Of a stretch of DNA of 64,000 bases, positions 13,781-26,300 are shown piece by piece. The DNA is from Mytilus californianus (Eukaryota). Where the stretch lies: NCBI RefSeq assembly GCF_021869535.1, contig NW_026262690.1, forward strand, positions 71,238,001 to 71,302,000, read 5' to 3'. The position numbers were made by a program, and so were the translations under genes. Positions within the stretch are counted from its first letter, which is position 1; each line of letters starts with the position of its first letter. A model generated the notes under the pieces. It was given only the letters and a program-made list of their open reading frames with translations, was not told the origin of the DNA and searched no databases.

Positions 13781-14077
13781 TCTGAGAAATAGACATTTGA
13801 CAGATGTCAACTTCCTAACATAAAGCATCTATAGACAAGGTATGAAGCATCCATGTCTACCTTCTGGAATATGAAGCTTTATACGAATAGTTTATGCAGC
13901 TGCTAGATTAGCATCCCTACTCTCATTCTGCGACTTTGCAGGCTAGCCAATATGCCATTTCTAATGATTTTATGCCCTATCATCTATGGTTAAGTTTTGC
14001 ACTGAAGTCAATATAAAATTAAGAAGATTTAGTATGATTGCCAATGAGACAACTCTCCACAAGAGACCAAATGACAC

Positions 14078-15614
14078 AACTAGAGGCTCTCAAGAGCCTG
14101 TGTCGCTCACCTGACTCTACTTTGGTTTTAGAAATCATGTAAAGATAGATAAAAATCATAACAGATACCCAAATAATAATGATTGAGGCCAAATTTGGAT
14201 TAATATTGGTCCCGTTATTTAATAAAATATACTGGTGGCCATCTTGAACAGTAAATCAGCAACAAAGTAGCAACACATGGTCAGCACCTCATAAGGAACA
14301 TTCATGCCATGTTTGGTTTCATTCCATTCAGTGGTTCTCTAAAAGAAGACATTTGTATGTATTTTCCATAGGGTCCTATGTTAAACTAAGTCCCCCGCTG
14401 GCGGCCATCTTGGATGATGGATCGGCTGCAAAGAAACAACACTTGGTCAACACCTCATAAGGAACATTCATGCCATGTTTGGTTCCATTCCATTCAGTGG
14501 TTCTCTAAAAGAAGACATTTTGTATGTATTTCCCATAGGGTCCTATGTTAAACTAAGTCACCCACTGGCGGCCATCTTGGATGATGGATCGGCTGCAAAG
14601 TAACAACACTTGGTCAGCACCTTATAAGGAACATTCATGCCATGTTTGGTTTTATTCCATTCACTGGTTCTCTAAGAGAAGACATTTGTATGTATTTCCC
14701 GTAGGGTCCTATGTTAAACTAAGTCCCCGGCTGGCGGCCATCTTGGATGATGGACTGACTGCAAAGTTACAACACTTGGTCAGCACCTTATAAGGAACAT
14801 TCATGCCATGTTTTGTTTCATTCCATTCAGTGGTTCTCTAAAAGAAGACATTTGTATGTATTTCCCATAGGGTCCTATGTTAAACTAAGTCCCCCGCTGG
14901 GGGCCATCTTGGATGATGGACCGACTGCAAAGTAACAATACTTGGTCAGCATCTCATAAGGAACATTCATGCCATGTTTGGTTCCATTCCATTTATTGGT
15001 TCTCTAAAAGAAGACATTTTTATGTATTTCCCATAGGGTCCTATGTTAAACTAAGTCCCCCGCTAGCGGCCATCTTGGATGATGGATCGGCTACAAAGTA
15101 ACAACACTTGGTCAGCACCTCATAAGGAACATTCATGTCATGTTTGGTTTCATTCCATTCAGTGGTTCTCTAAAAGAAGACATTTGTATGTATTTCCCAT
15201 AGGGTCCTATGTTAAACTAAGTTCCCCGCTGGTGGCCATCTAGGATGATGGATCGGCTACAAAGTAACAACACTTGGTCAGCACCTCATAAGGAACATTC
15301 ATGCTATGTTTGGTTTCATTCCATTCAGTGGTTCTCTAAAAGAAGTCATTTGTATGCATTTCCCATAGGGTCCTATGTTAAACTAAGTGCCCCGCTGGCG
15401 GCCATCTTGGATGATGGATCGGCTACAAAGTAACAACACTTGGTCAGCACCTCATAAGAAACATTCATGCCATGTTTGGTTTCATTCCATTCAGTCGTTC
15501 TCTAGAAGAAGTTCAAAATGTAAAAAGTTTACGCCGACGACGGACGACGCTGGACGACAGACGCCAAGTGATGAGAAAAGCTCACTTGGCCCTTTGGGCC
15601 AGGTGAGCTAAAAA
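14078..15614 (-). mobile_element. HINE-type element carrying a 166-bp tandem array (7 full monomers plus partials), inserted into a SINE-like repeat
   Basis: Monomer starts (GGTCAGCACC...) at 14279, 14445, 14612, 14778, 14944, 15110, 15276, 15442; ends AACTAGAGGCTCTCAAGAGCCT and GGCCAGGTGAGCTAAAAA; splits the SINE-like repeat (about 14020-14077 | 15615-15910) whose intact form is at about 22600-22870. Confidence 0.85.
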
Positions 15615-17281
15615 TAAACAACTATAGGTCATCGTACCGCCTTCAATAATGAATAAAACCCATACCGCATAGTCAGCTATAAAAAGCCCCGAAATGACAA
15701 ATGTAAAGCAATTCAAACGAGAAAAGTAACAGCCTGATTTAAGTACAAAATAATGAACGAAAAACAAATATGATATACAGCAACAAACGACAACCACTGA
15801 ATAACAGGCTCTTGATTTGTGACAGGCACATACAGAATGTGGCGGAGTTAAACTAGTTTGAAGGCGCCAACCCTCCCCCTAACCTGGGACAGTGGTGTAA
15901 CAGTACATCGTAAGAACAAACTATAACAAGAGAGCACACACTGAAATGTCTCGCCTGTATTACTGACCATTGATTTTATGTTGAAATTCTTAAAGATAAA
16001 ACGTTTTACTACAAGTATCACATAAGCTTAACATTTTCAAAAATCCATGACAGTGAGGTCAAGGTCAGATAAAAACTGTCACACAGACATGTACACCATA
16101 CAATAATTCCATACACCAAATATAGTTGACCCATTGCCTATGGTAATTGAAAAACAGACCAAAACACAAAAACTTAATGTTAACCAATGAAACATAGAAA
16201 TGAGGTCAAGGTCAAATGATACTGGCTAGACAGACATGTACACCTTACAATCATTCCATACACCAATAATAGTTGACCTATTGCTATTTGTATTGGAAAA
16301 ACAGACCAAAACACAAAAACTTAACATTGACCAATGAACCATGTAAATGAGGTCAAGGACAATGGACATATGATTGACAGAAACTTCATAATATAAGGTA
16401 TCTCCATTCAAGATATGAAGCAACCAGGTCTTCTACCTTCTGAAGTATAAAGCTTTATACAAATAGTTTACTGACCTTATAACAATAATACATTGCTGAC
16501 ACCACTGCCTCCAGAGGCGAGACAAAAAAAAGTTATCTGCACTTGTTCCTCATTCTAGTTCAGTTCGTTTTTTTGCTAACCTGGCTCATATAACTAGTGA
16601 CATCCCATGTATTTTAAACCTTTTCAAAAATCTTCTCTGTAAATACTCAACCAATTTCAACCAAATTTGGGCTGAATGATTCGTAAGGTATCTAGTGTAA
16701 AGGCTGTATTTTGTTCCTGCCATTTAACCATCATGGCTTAATAGGATAAAATGCAATAAGTGTCTAATTTTTTTTAAACGAAAATAGATGGAGGATGGAG
16801 AAAATATTACATAGGGCGAAAATACTCAGAATGTCTATCTACCTACTTCCTGTTTCCACCAAAATAATCAGAGGACTCCTTATAGACGTTATTGCCCTTA
16901 AAGAAGATTTTTGACTAATTGTGTTTTTGCTTATTATATAGAAAACTGTAATAGATAATCAGAAACTGTTATAATATAAAAAATGATCAGCAATACAAGA
17001 TCCACAAAAATTGCCAAAAATTACTGAAATCATCAGACAACTTCTAGGAGTTATTGCCACTCAATGCAATTTTTGACTAATGCTATTGCTTTTGCCAATT
17101 ATCTTGAAAACAATGATGAGCAAAAAAGTAAAAATGGTTAGCGATACAAGATCTACAAAATTGTCAAGGTGACCAAAACTATCAGACAAAAACCTGATGA
17201 GAGATGTTTCCCTAAAATTATATTTTATGTACAATGGTGTGATTGGTTTTAATAAAATTTGCTATAGAAGCAGCACCATAA

Positions 17282-17287
17282 TTTATT
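17282..17287 (-). terminator. polyadenylation signal AATAAA of TDP1
   Basis: Plus-strand TTTATT about 30 nt beyond the TDP1 stop codon. Confidence 0.5.
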
Positions 17288-17318
17288 TCATAAATAATGT
17301 CATACACCAATCAAAATG

Positions 17319-20300
17319 TCAGCTAGGGCACCACATGTTGCCATTACAGTCTGGTAATTCTTTATGAGCTATATCCCATATCCAAGGACGATCTGTAAAC
17401 AAAAAGTTTATAACACAGTCATCCATCTTAAAAATTCTAAAATACTCTAAACTTCAAAAATCATACTTACTAATTTCAAGGGCAATTAATCCTATAATGA
17501 GTTGTCTGATGATGATTTAATCAATTACAATGTTTTCTGTAAAACTTTTGAAAACATTACCTCAAATTCATTAGATTCTGGAATGGCAAATTGCCAAAAT
17601 ATTTTCACAAATGTGAAGAAAGTGTGTAAAATCAGTCCTATCAAAATCACTCACTGACTTACCTTCCTTCTGATATGGCTTTAGTGGTAAATCATATGGC
17701 AACAAAAGTTTATCTGTATCATTGATATCACTGGAGACAGGAATTGATTTTTTACTTCCCTGTATAAAAGTAAGAAAAATAAAACCAAAATAAAAAAACT
17801 AATTTCAATCATATATTTGGTAAAGTAAAGAATAAGCATGAGATTTTATTCTTGTACATGTATATACCTCATGATCATTGATTAATGAGATTTAATATTA
17901 GGTAGCATCAGGATATTACTAGCATAAATAAAAGTTTTTTGATGAAATGACTGTTGCACTTTTCACATTCAACAAAACATCACACTTATTTCTGAATTTA
18001 CATCATTTAGTTTGTTTACATTTTGCCATACAAGTTTTACATAAATCTTATTCAATAATGCAAATTTTTGTGTGTAAATGTTACTGATTTGTCTTCTGAT
18101 ATTTTGCATGGTATTACAGTGCTGCAATAAACGGTTACTTATTGCACCTGATGTTGTAGTAAACAGGGTCATGATTCAATGCATCTGTTTTATGCAAGGC
18201 TTAACTTTTACCAAACATAGCATCATAAATTCATATTTAAAGTCATACACACAGGGTTGAATTTGCAAATATTTAAAAAAAAATATATAAAGATTTTACA
18301 CTTTTAATGGTAAAGTTCAAAAACAAATGCACTAAAGTTCAAGGTATATGAAAAAGTTCTTTGTTCATTGCCTGAATCTCCAATATGGAAAACACATTCA
18401 AATCCTCTGATATATTCAGGGTATGTCTGTGTATGTAATTTATACAAATGTTTTAGAATGTGGATTGTTACCAGGATGTTTATCTAACATTGCCAATATT
18501 TATCATCTATATTTGTTTGCTTGATTGCATGCATGTAAATTAACTTACAAAGAACTTTGGCAAGAATAAAACTCCAAGTTCATATGACCTTATCATTAAC
18601 TGACTTCCTTTTTTCTCCAAGGCTCCCCATGCTGCCTTTGACAGATTAGCACTGAAACATTTAAATCAAGTTTACAATGATAACTATTATGTAATATTTC
18701 AAATAAGAAGCATATTATATTCTCATGTTAGTTTTAAAGTTAAAATATATATATATGAGAACAATTACAAGACAAATTTGACTATTTTTTCAATTGACTG
18801 GTGCTAGCTCAAAACAATGGATTCAATTCTAATTCATATAAGAGCAGCAATCTGACAAAACATTCATTACAGGATTCTTTAGCAACAACAGCGATTTTGT
18901 TTCAAACTTTGAAACGAATTTGATGACCTTGACGTGACAAAAGATTGGATGTTGGTCTATCAGAATAGCTGTTAACTTAGTATCAAATCTATAACTGCAT
19001 ATTCATGGTCTCTACTGAATTTATAGTGAGCTGGCTTACTCTAATTGGAAAACTTTGTTACTATAGTTTTTAATTTAACAAAATTTATACAGGTTTTTCT
19101 AAGAAATAACTAGTTATGATACAGAAATTAAATAATACCTTGTAACAAGGAACCAGGCAACTTCCTGTGATGTAGGTGAAGGTCGGCAATATGATTTAAT
19201 GTGTGGCATTGCTCTACTTCTTCCTCTTCCTTTTGATATCCAATGGCTGTAATTGTAATGTTAGGAAAATTGTAAATTTTGCACTCATACCACATCTTCT
19301 TATATCTATAACTCATTGGTTAAATTAAACATTACTGACTTCTGATGCAACATAAGGCTTAACAAGTAAAAAATAATATTACATTAAACAAAAGAAACTA
19401 GTAAATAGAACCTTTTATAATGAATCTACTGCAACATAGAACAGAATGATATATGTGTAATATTTCTTTGATAATCTTTCGACCTTATTTTTGAAGATGG
19501 AGTGTAAAAGTGGCATTAATCCTGATTTTGACTGAAACTATCATATAAAAAAGTTAAATCACTACCTACACAAAACTAGAGGCTCTCCAACATTGAAGAC
19601 GAGAACAGAATTCATGACAAAAGTCTCTGTTTTTTTTATCTTGTATTGCTGATCATTTAGTCTGTTTAGTTTCTCTCTATCTTCTTTAGTTTTTGCTCAA
19701 AACACAAAACAGGGTAAAAAAATCCTCATTTAAGACCAATCACTCCTATAAAGAGTGACAGTCTACTAACTATATCTGCAAAATTTGACTTGTTAGTAGA
19801 TCTTGCCTTGCTGATCATTTTTGTGATTTAAAGTGTCCATTTATCTATTATAATTTTGATCATATATAAAGGCAAAACGCAAAAAAAAAAAACGTCATTA
19901 AAGGGCAATAACTCTAATAAGACGTCGACTGACGATTTCAACCATGCGAACTTATTTGTAGAACTTGTCTTGCTGATCATTTTTGCAATTTAAAGTTTCT
20001 CTCTATCTATTATTGTTTTCAATATAGTAGGCAAAAATGAAAACAAATGGTAAAATTTGTCATTTAACTCGTAAAAAAAGTTGTCCGACAGTTTTGATGT
20101 TTACGGACAACTGGTAGAGCTAAACATTCTGGACATTTTTGCCCCTGTCAGATTTTCTCTATTCATAACGGTTTTCAAAATAAAAGACAAAACTTGCATT
20201 TTACCTCTATGTTCTATTCTAAGCCATGTCGGCCATCTTGGTTGGCAGGTTGGGTCATCTGACACATTTTTCAAACTAGATACCCCAATGATGATTGTAA

Positions 20301-23300
20301 CCAAATTTGGTTAAATTTGGCCCAATAGTTTCAAGATTTTTGTAAAAGTTAACGGACGACAACGACAGACAACGGACGACGGACGCCAAGTGATGAGAAA
20401 AACTCACTCCACTCTGTCTCTGAATCAACAGAATTTTAAATATTTATTGCCTTGCTGATAATTTTATTCTTAGTTAAACTGGATAGATACAGACCAAAAG
20501 ACTGCTTCAATTTTAGCATTTTGCTGTTTTTATCAATTAATGGTGATTCCTGATCAAATTGTTTCTATAATGTAGATTTACTTACTGGAAGTAAGAATGA
20601 AGATATGTTTGTTTCTTGGCAACATTAATACTATATGGAATAGAGGCTCCAGCAGGATAACCTTCTAAACTGCATCTTACATTATCTTTTGTTGGAAATA
20701 TCTGTAATTAGATAGCATTAACCATGAAAAATACCTTAATTTTTAATTCTGACAAAGTTACCGCTTAAATTGTAACTTGCGTGATCTTTTGTTGTAAATT
20801 CTATAATTAGATAGGGTTAGCCATGGAAAATCTCTTTTTCTTCTAAGAAAGATAACCTTCTGAAATTATCTTAAATTATCTTGTATTGTAAATTCTACAA
20901 TAAGATAGGTATAGCCAAAGTAAACTAATATAGGGTACAAAAGAAAGAATGCAAAATGGTTTAAAACAAATAGCATTTTAAAAAAGAAACTGACATCACT
21001 TGTTCATGTTCATCATCAGTACAAAGAATGGCTTTGTTATATGTTTCAGTCAAGATAAAAAGATAAATGGAAATTCTAAAGAGCTACCAATGGACATTAT
21101 TCCATTATCTCTATATGCCACATTCCCAAAATAAAATGTAGAAAGTAGTTATAAAGGATTTAAAAAGGTAGACATTTGTATTTATAAAAACTGTAGATCT
21201 GTGATGAAAAAATATCAACACATGAGCTAGATTAAATGACCAATTAAAATGTATTAATGACCTACAAGTTTCAAATCTATTGTTGATAATGGTACACAAC
21301 TAGATCCCTCTACAGTTGCCAGTGACTGTAAGAACTCGGTGGCAAGCCAGACATCTTTAGTTGCTCCTAATGATCCAATACTGGAATATTGACCAATCAC
21401 AGGCCAAGATTTCACAAAGTCTTTTTGTGGTCCATGTGTATTTAAAACTTTGCGTAGTCTCATGTGACCAAATTTATGTTTATTTTCTGCCATATGTCTG
21501 CCTGGAGATGAACCAATTATAACTACTCTAAAACAAAAGTTTGATTAATTTTAGTCTTCTTTAAAGATTAACATCCTATGTGTTTTGCACATATGTGTGA
21601 CAGAATGTTGTTTAAAATCAGAAATGTTTATATACTTTTTCATATACTGTATTCATTTATTTTCGTGGATACCAATTTTCCTGGATTCAGGAAAACTATA
21701 TATTTGTGGGTACATGTATTTGATTTCTTGGATTTGCCACAGTTTGTATACAAACCTTCAGAAAACGTGTACTTTGATGACATTTTAAATTTGTGATTTA
21801 CCTTTACCCACTAATACCAGAAAATTGGTTTCCAACAAACAATAATGAATCAACAGATCAACAGTATATCTGTTTGGGGTAATTTTTGTGAAAACAGATT
21901 GCACTGCAGTAAATTTATAGTTAAACCTTACTTAGCTGTGTTATCTGGTCATTTTCATGTGAGATACAAAATTAAATCTTCAGGAATAAAAAATTATATT
22001 ATGTCAAAAAGGAATTTTAAAATAACATACTTAGCACTGGACATATCATGATCTGCTATATTTTGTTGCCAGTCCTTCAGTTGGTAGGCTTTATAAGATC
22101 CTATGTAGTCTAACAAATCTTTCTTGAAGTTTGTTGGTGAATCCCCTCTTGAGTAATTACTTTTATTCTCCTCTTTCTTTAACTTTGGAAATAATGGACT
22201 TATCCACATTCTAAAAACAGAACAAATAAAAAGTTCATAAAAAAAGGCAATTAAACAAAAACAGGATTAATAAATAAGACACTGATATATTGGCCATTCT
22301 TTTTCTTTTGACACATTTTTTTATTAAAATAATGAAATTTTCTTTAGTTTAACCATTACTATAAACAGGCTTTCTTTACAACAAATTACATTTGGAGGTC
22401 TTCCAATTCAAATTTAATCAAATAAACTACTATACTAAATATATTGCTATGATGTGAGCTTTGAATGAACCAATTCAGATATTCAAAGACAGATAAGTAT
22501 ATGTGTAACCTCAGCATCCTGATTAAAGATGTTTACAATCATCAGGTTGATAAAAAAAGTCATTTCCCATAATACAACATTTCTGACAATACATGTATAA
22601 AAAAGAAGATGTGGTATGATTGCTAATGAGACAACTCTCCACAAGAGACCAAATGACACAGAAATTAACAACTATAGGTCACTGTATGGCCTTCAACAAT
22701 GAGCAAAGCCCATACCGCATAGTCAGCTATAAAAGGCCCCGAAATGACAAATGTAAAACAATTCAAATGAGAAAACTAACAGCTTAATTTATGTACAAAA
22801 TAATGAACGAAAAACAAATATGTAACACAGCAACAAAAGACAACCATTGAATTACACTCTCCTGACTTGGGACAAAATTATTTGTTACCCTTGAGTCTTC
22901 TGGTACCAATCTTTTTCTACCAAGTTAGACGTGTGGATAACAACTCTCATTCCTTCTTCATACAATAGTATCATCATCTTTCTACAATTATATAAACCAG
23001 TATTACCCAGAATGCAATTGCTTCTCTCATTCTGTCTTCAAACAGGGTTATCATCATTTTTTCTACAATCATAAAGACCAGTATTACCCCAGTGCTCAAT
23101 GTAAAATGCTATTTATCTTTTTAATTTCTACACTGCCAACAAAATGAAAGACACCGATGTGACAAGAGGCTGCTGGGGCAAAACAACCCTACAGCCAAAA
23201 TTTGTGGGATTTTTTTTCCAAGTACATTTTTCTTATCTTTTATTGTTGGGTCCCTTTATTTCCAAATTTTTTCTACGCTGGGCCTACTTTTTTCAAAAAG

Positions 23301-26300
23301 CTGAATCTACCTACAGTGATAAAATTTATCAGTCAATATTCCTGCAATATTTAAGGTTGTGACAACATAAAAATGGGAATATTTAAGACTTCATAAAAAC
23401 CTTAAACACCTTTATTATCATCACAAAACTTGTCCTTCATTTTTTTATGAATCTAAATAAACCAAAAGAATTAATTTTGCATGATATTGTAGATTAGTTT
23501 CTTAAGATGAATAATTCCATTCATAAAAATAATTGAGTAAATTTGGGTTTTTTTCTTCTTGAATAAACCAACTCTATTTTTCTTTTAGGTAAAGCTACAA
23601 AAGTACTCTTCCCCAAAACAAAATAAGAAAAGAAAAATCTTTGCCAAAACAATTTTTTTTAGTACACCCTCAAATTCCAAATTCTCTAAATTTTCAAATT
23701 CATGAAAATGTTTTTTAATCGCCAACAATATTTAAACAGCCTCCTCTTAAAAAACATACATGTGTAAGAAATTATTAATTTTAGTATATTTTATTTGAAT
23801 CTTATGCAATGAAAATATTAAAACATGTAATTGTGATTTTTATTTTGTTCAAAAGTACAAAAATTTAAATAGAATGTATTGAAATATAAAAAAAATCTGT
23901 ACAACTTCATATTATTTTATACTTACGTGTGATGTGTTCCATATATCATTTCTAATCTTGCCTACAAAGAAAAACATTACTATATATTTGATTTTTTCTT
24001 TCATGACATTTAATCGAAATCAATAATTTGATTGTAAAATCTATTACCATGACTACTGTAATACTGAAATGTTTGTGTGCACTTAAGTTATTTTTGTGAT
24101 TGTTGAGCAATGGAAAAAAATGTGAGATTTATTATTGTGATTTCTGGAAATGCTGTATATAAATAATGATATCAAAATTTAAAAAAAAAAATTGTGAAAT
24201 CTATCCTAATGCAATTTTCACATTATAAAGACATTGCAAAAATTTATTAAGTGAACTGCATGCATCATTTATTTTTGCTTATTTCTTTCAAATCATATTC
24301 AGTATCATCTCCCAAGGGAAGTTTATTTAAAATGGCATTAATTATTATCAAATACAAACTACACACATTAACCACCTTACAACCATAACACATTTGTTTT
24401 TAAATATCTTGTATCATATACTGTTTAAATGTGTATACCTGACAAAATTTAATATTGGAGTATTTAGTGGCTTCAATTTCCAAGGCTGTTTTATTACCAG
24501 CAGTAAAACCATGTACCAGAAGTAAAGGTTTAGACCTGTAAAAAATAAAGATATACTGAATAATGAAAGAGCAATAATACATAAAACTGGAATAATTAGA
24601 TTTCTAAAAACAATAAATTTACTGTATAAATTGTCTTGCTGTGCAATCAAAAAATATTTGCATATACACTTTGCCAGTATATTTCATTGGATTTTGCTCT
24701 TAATCCACTGTATTAAAGATAAAGTTCAAAGTTTAAGTGATTTTTCTGAACTAACTTCCTGTTAAGTTCTCATCTGAAAATGTTATTGTTCTCTTGATTG
24801 AACTAAAAGAGAGAATTGAGTTAAAAGACAAAATTTGACCTTGCCACCTGTTTGCTCTTCATATCATTTAAGTCAGTAATCTTGTCAGTTGTTTTCAACT
24901 AAAGCAGTCTGTGTTGAAGGTGTGTTCATGTTTCTCCAACATCTGATATTATTGTATACAGGTAAATAATTTCTTGTTGAAGAAACATGATTTATATGTA
25001 ATAAGGATTAATGGAATTTACCTATAATTAGAGTTACAGTGAATCCAGTGTAAATTAATTTCTTCATACATACAAACTTTAACAAATTGTTGACTCTGTT
25101 TCAGCCAATGACATAGCAGGGGACAGCACACCTAAGTCTACCACAAATCGCATCAAAACAAGGAATGAGCAATATCTCTCATTATCTGAGATAAAGATAT
25201 TCCATAATGGTCAACCCAGTCATAACAGAATGATTAAGCATCCTTAAAACTTTACCAAGAGATGACTTTAACTTTGCCATGCAGTACTCTTGTCTCAATT
25301 TTCAAAATAATATTTTCTTATTTGTCCTAAGACATGTGTAAGTAGTAACTCTAAATCAAGAAAACATAATCTTCAGAATATAGGATCAACCTGAAGATAC
25401 ACATGTATAATCCACATGCAACTGCTGCTGGAATGTTACTGCATACACATGTATTGAGGTTATACATTAAGAGACTAATATGCACCAATATGTATGAGAA
25501 AGTTTCTAAAGTTTCAGGATAAATAGGATTACATGCCAATAATGGAGTGAAAGGTCAAAGTATAAGGATAAATGTTTGAAGTCAAAGTAAAAGTAGAGTA
25601 CAGAAGAACAAATAAGACAACTAGTATATAAACAAACTCTTACAGTCTACATACAGTGTTCTTTTTCCTTCTAAATATTTCAGGGTAAATTGCATTGCAT
25701 GGGAAAAAGAATATTCACCACAAGCACTTCTATTCTAAAATTCAAACTTTAATCTCAAGTAAAATTACTTGCATGAAATTTCCTATCTATGCTTATACTG
25801 ATAATGAAAACTATGTAAATTCCCAAATGTGTGCTCTAAACAACATGCTAAAAGTACACAGACTTTTTTCAAAATTTAAAAAAAAAAAATATTTTCCAGG
25901 AATGGGACACAGAAGTTCTATAGTAATATTAAATATCACTAATGGAGAATTTGCATGTCTCAACAGGTGTTTCATATCACATGAAAACATATAAAATGAC
26001 CTGAAAAAATTACAATGGATAAAACAGTTTCAAAACCTGAATTAATCCTTAAGCATAACCTTGAAGAAAGCATGAGGTAGGAGCATTATCTTTTAACTTT
26101 ATAAAATGATGAACACAATTAATGGTCAAGTTTGGAGCGATACTTGTAAAATGTCTATGTTATATATGTAGTGTTTTTTTGTTTTTTTTGTAATTTGAGT
26201 TTGAGTGATTTCCCTGTACCCCATATTGGAGGACAAGCTAGTTTATTTTCTGATTTGACTGACCATATTAAAACATCTGGTACAAGCAAGTTTGATAAAA

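Noticed and set aside
14279-15611. Regularly spaced array and repeated [11 protein letters not shown] ORFs (CRISPR-like or tandem gene cluster)
   Set aside because: Monomers are contiguous 166-bp near-identical units with no unique spacers and no cas genes; the ORFs are by-products of the satellite.
18915-19022. TGATGA...CTGA pair suggesting a C/D-box snoRNA
   Set aside because: Antisense to the host TDP1 intron, with no recognisable guide or D'/C' boxes.
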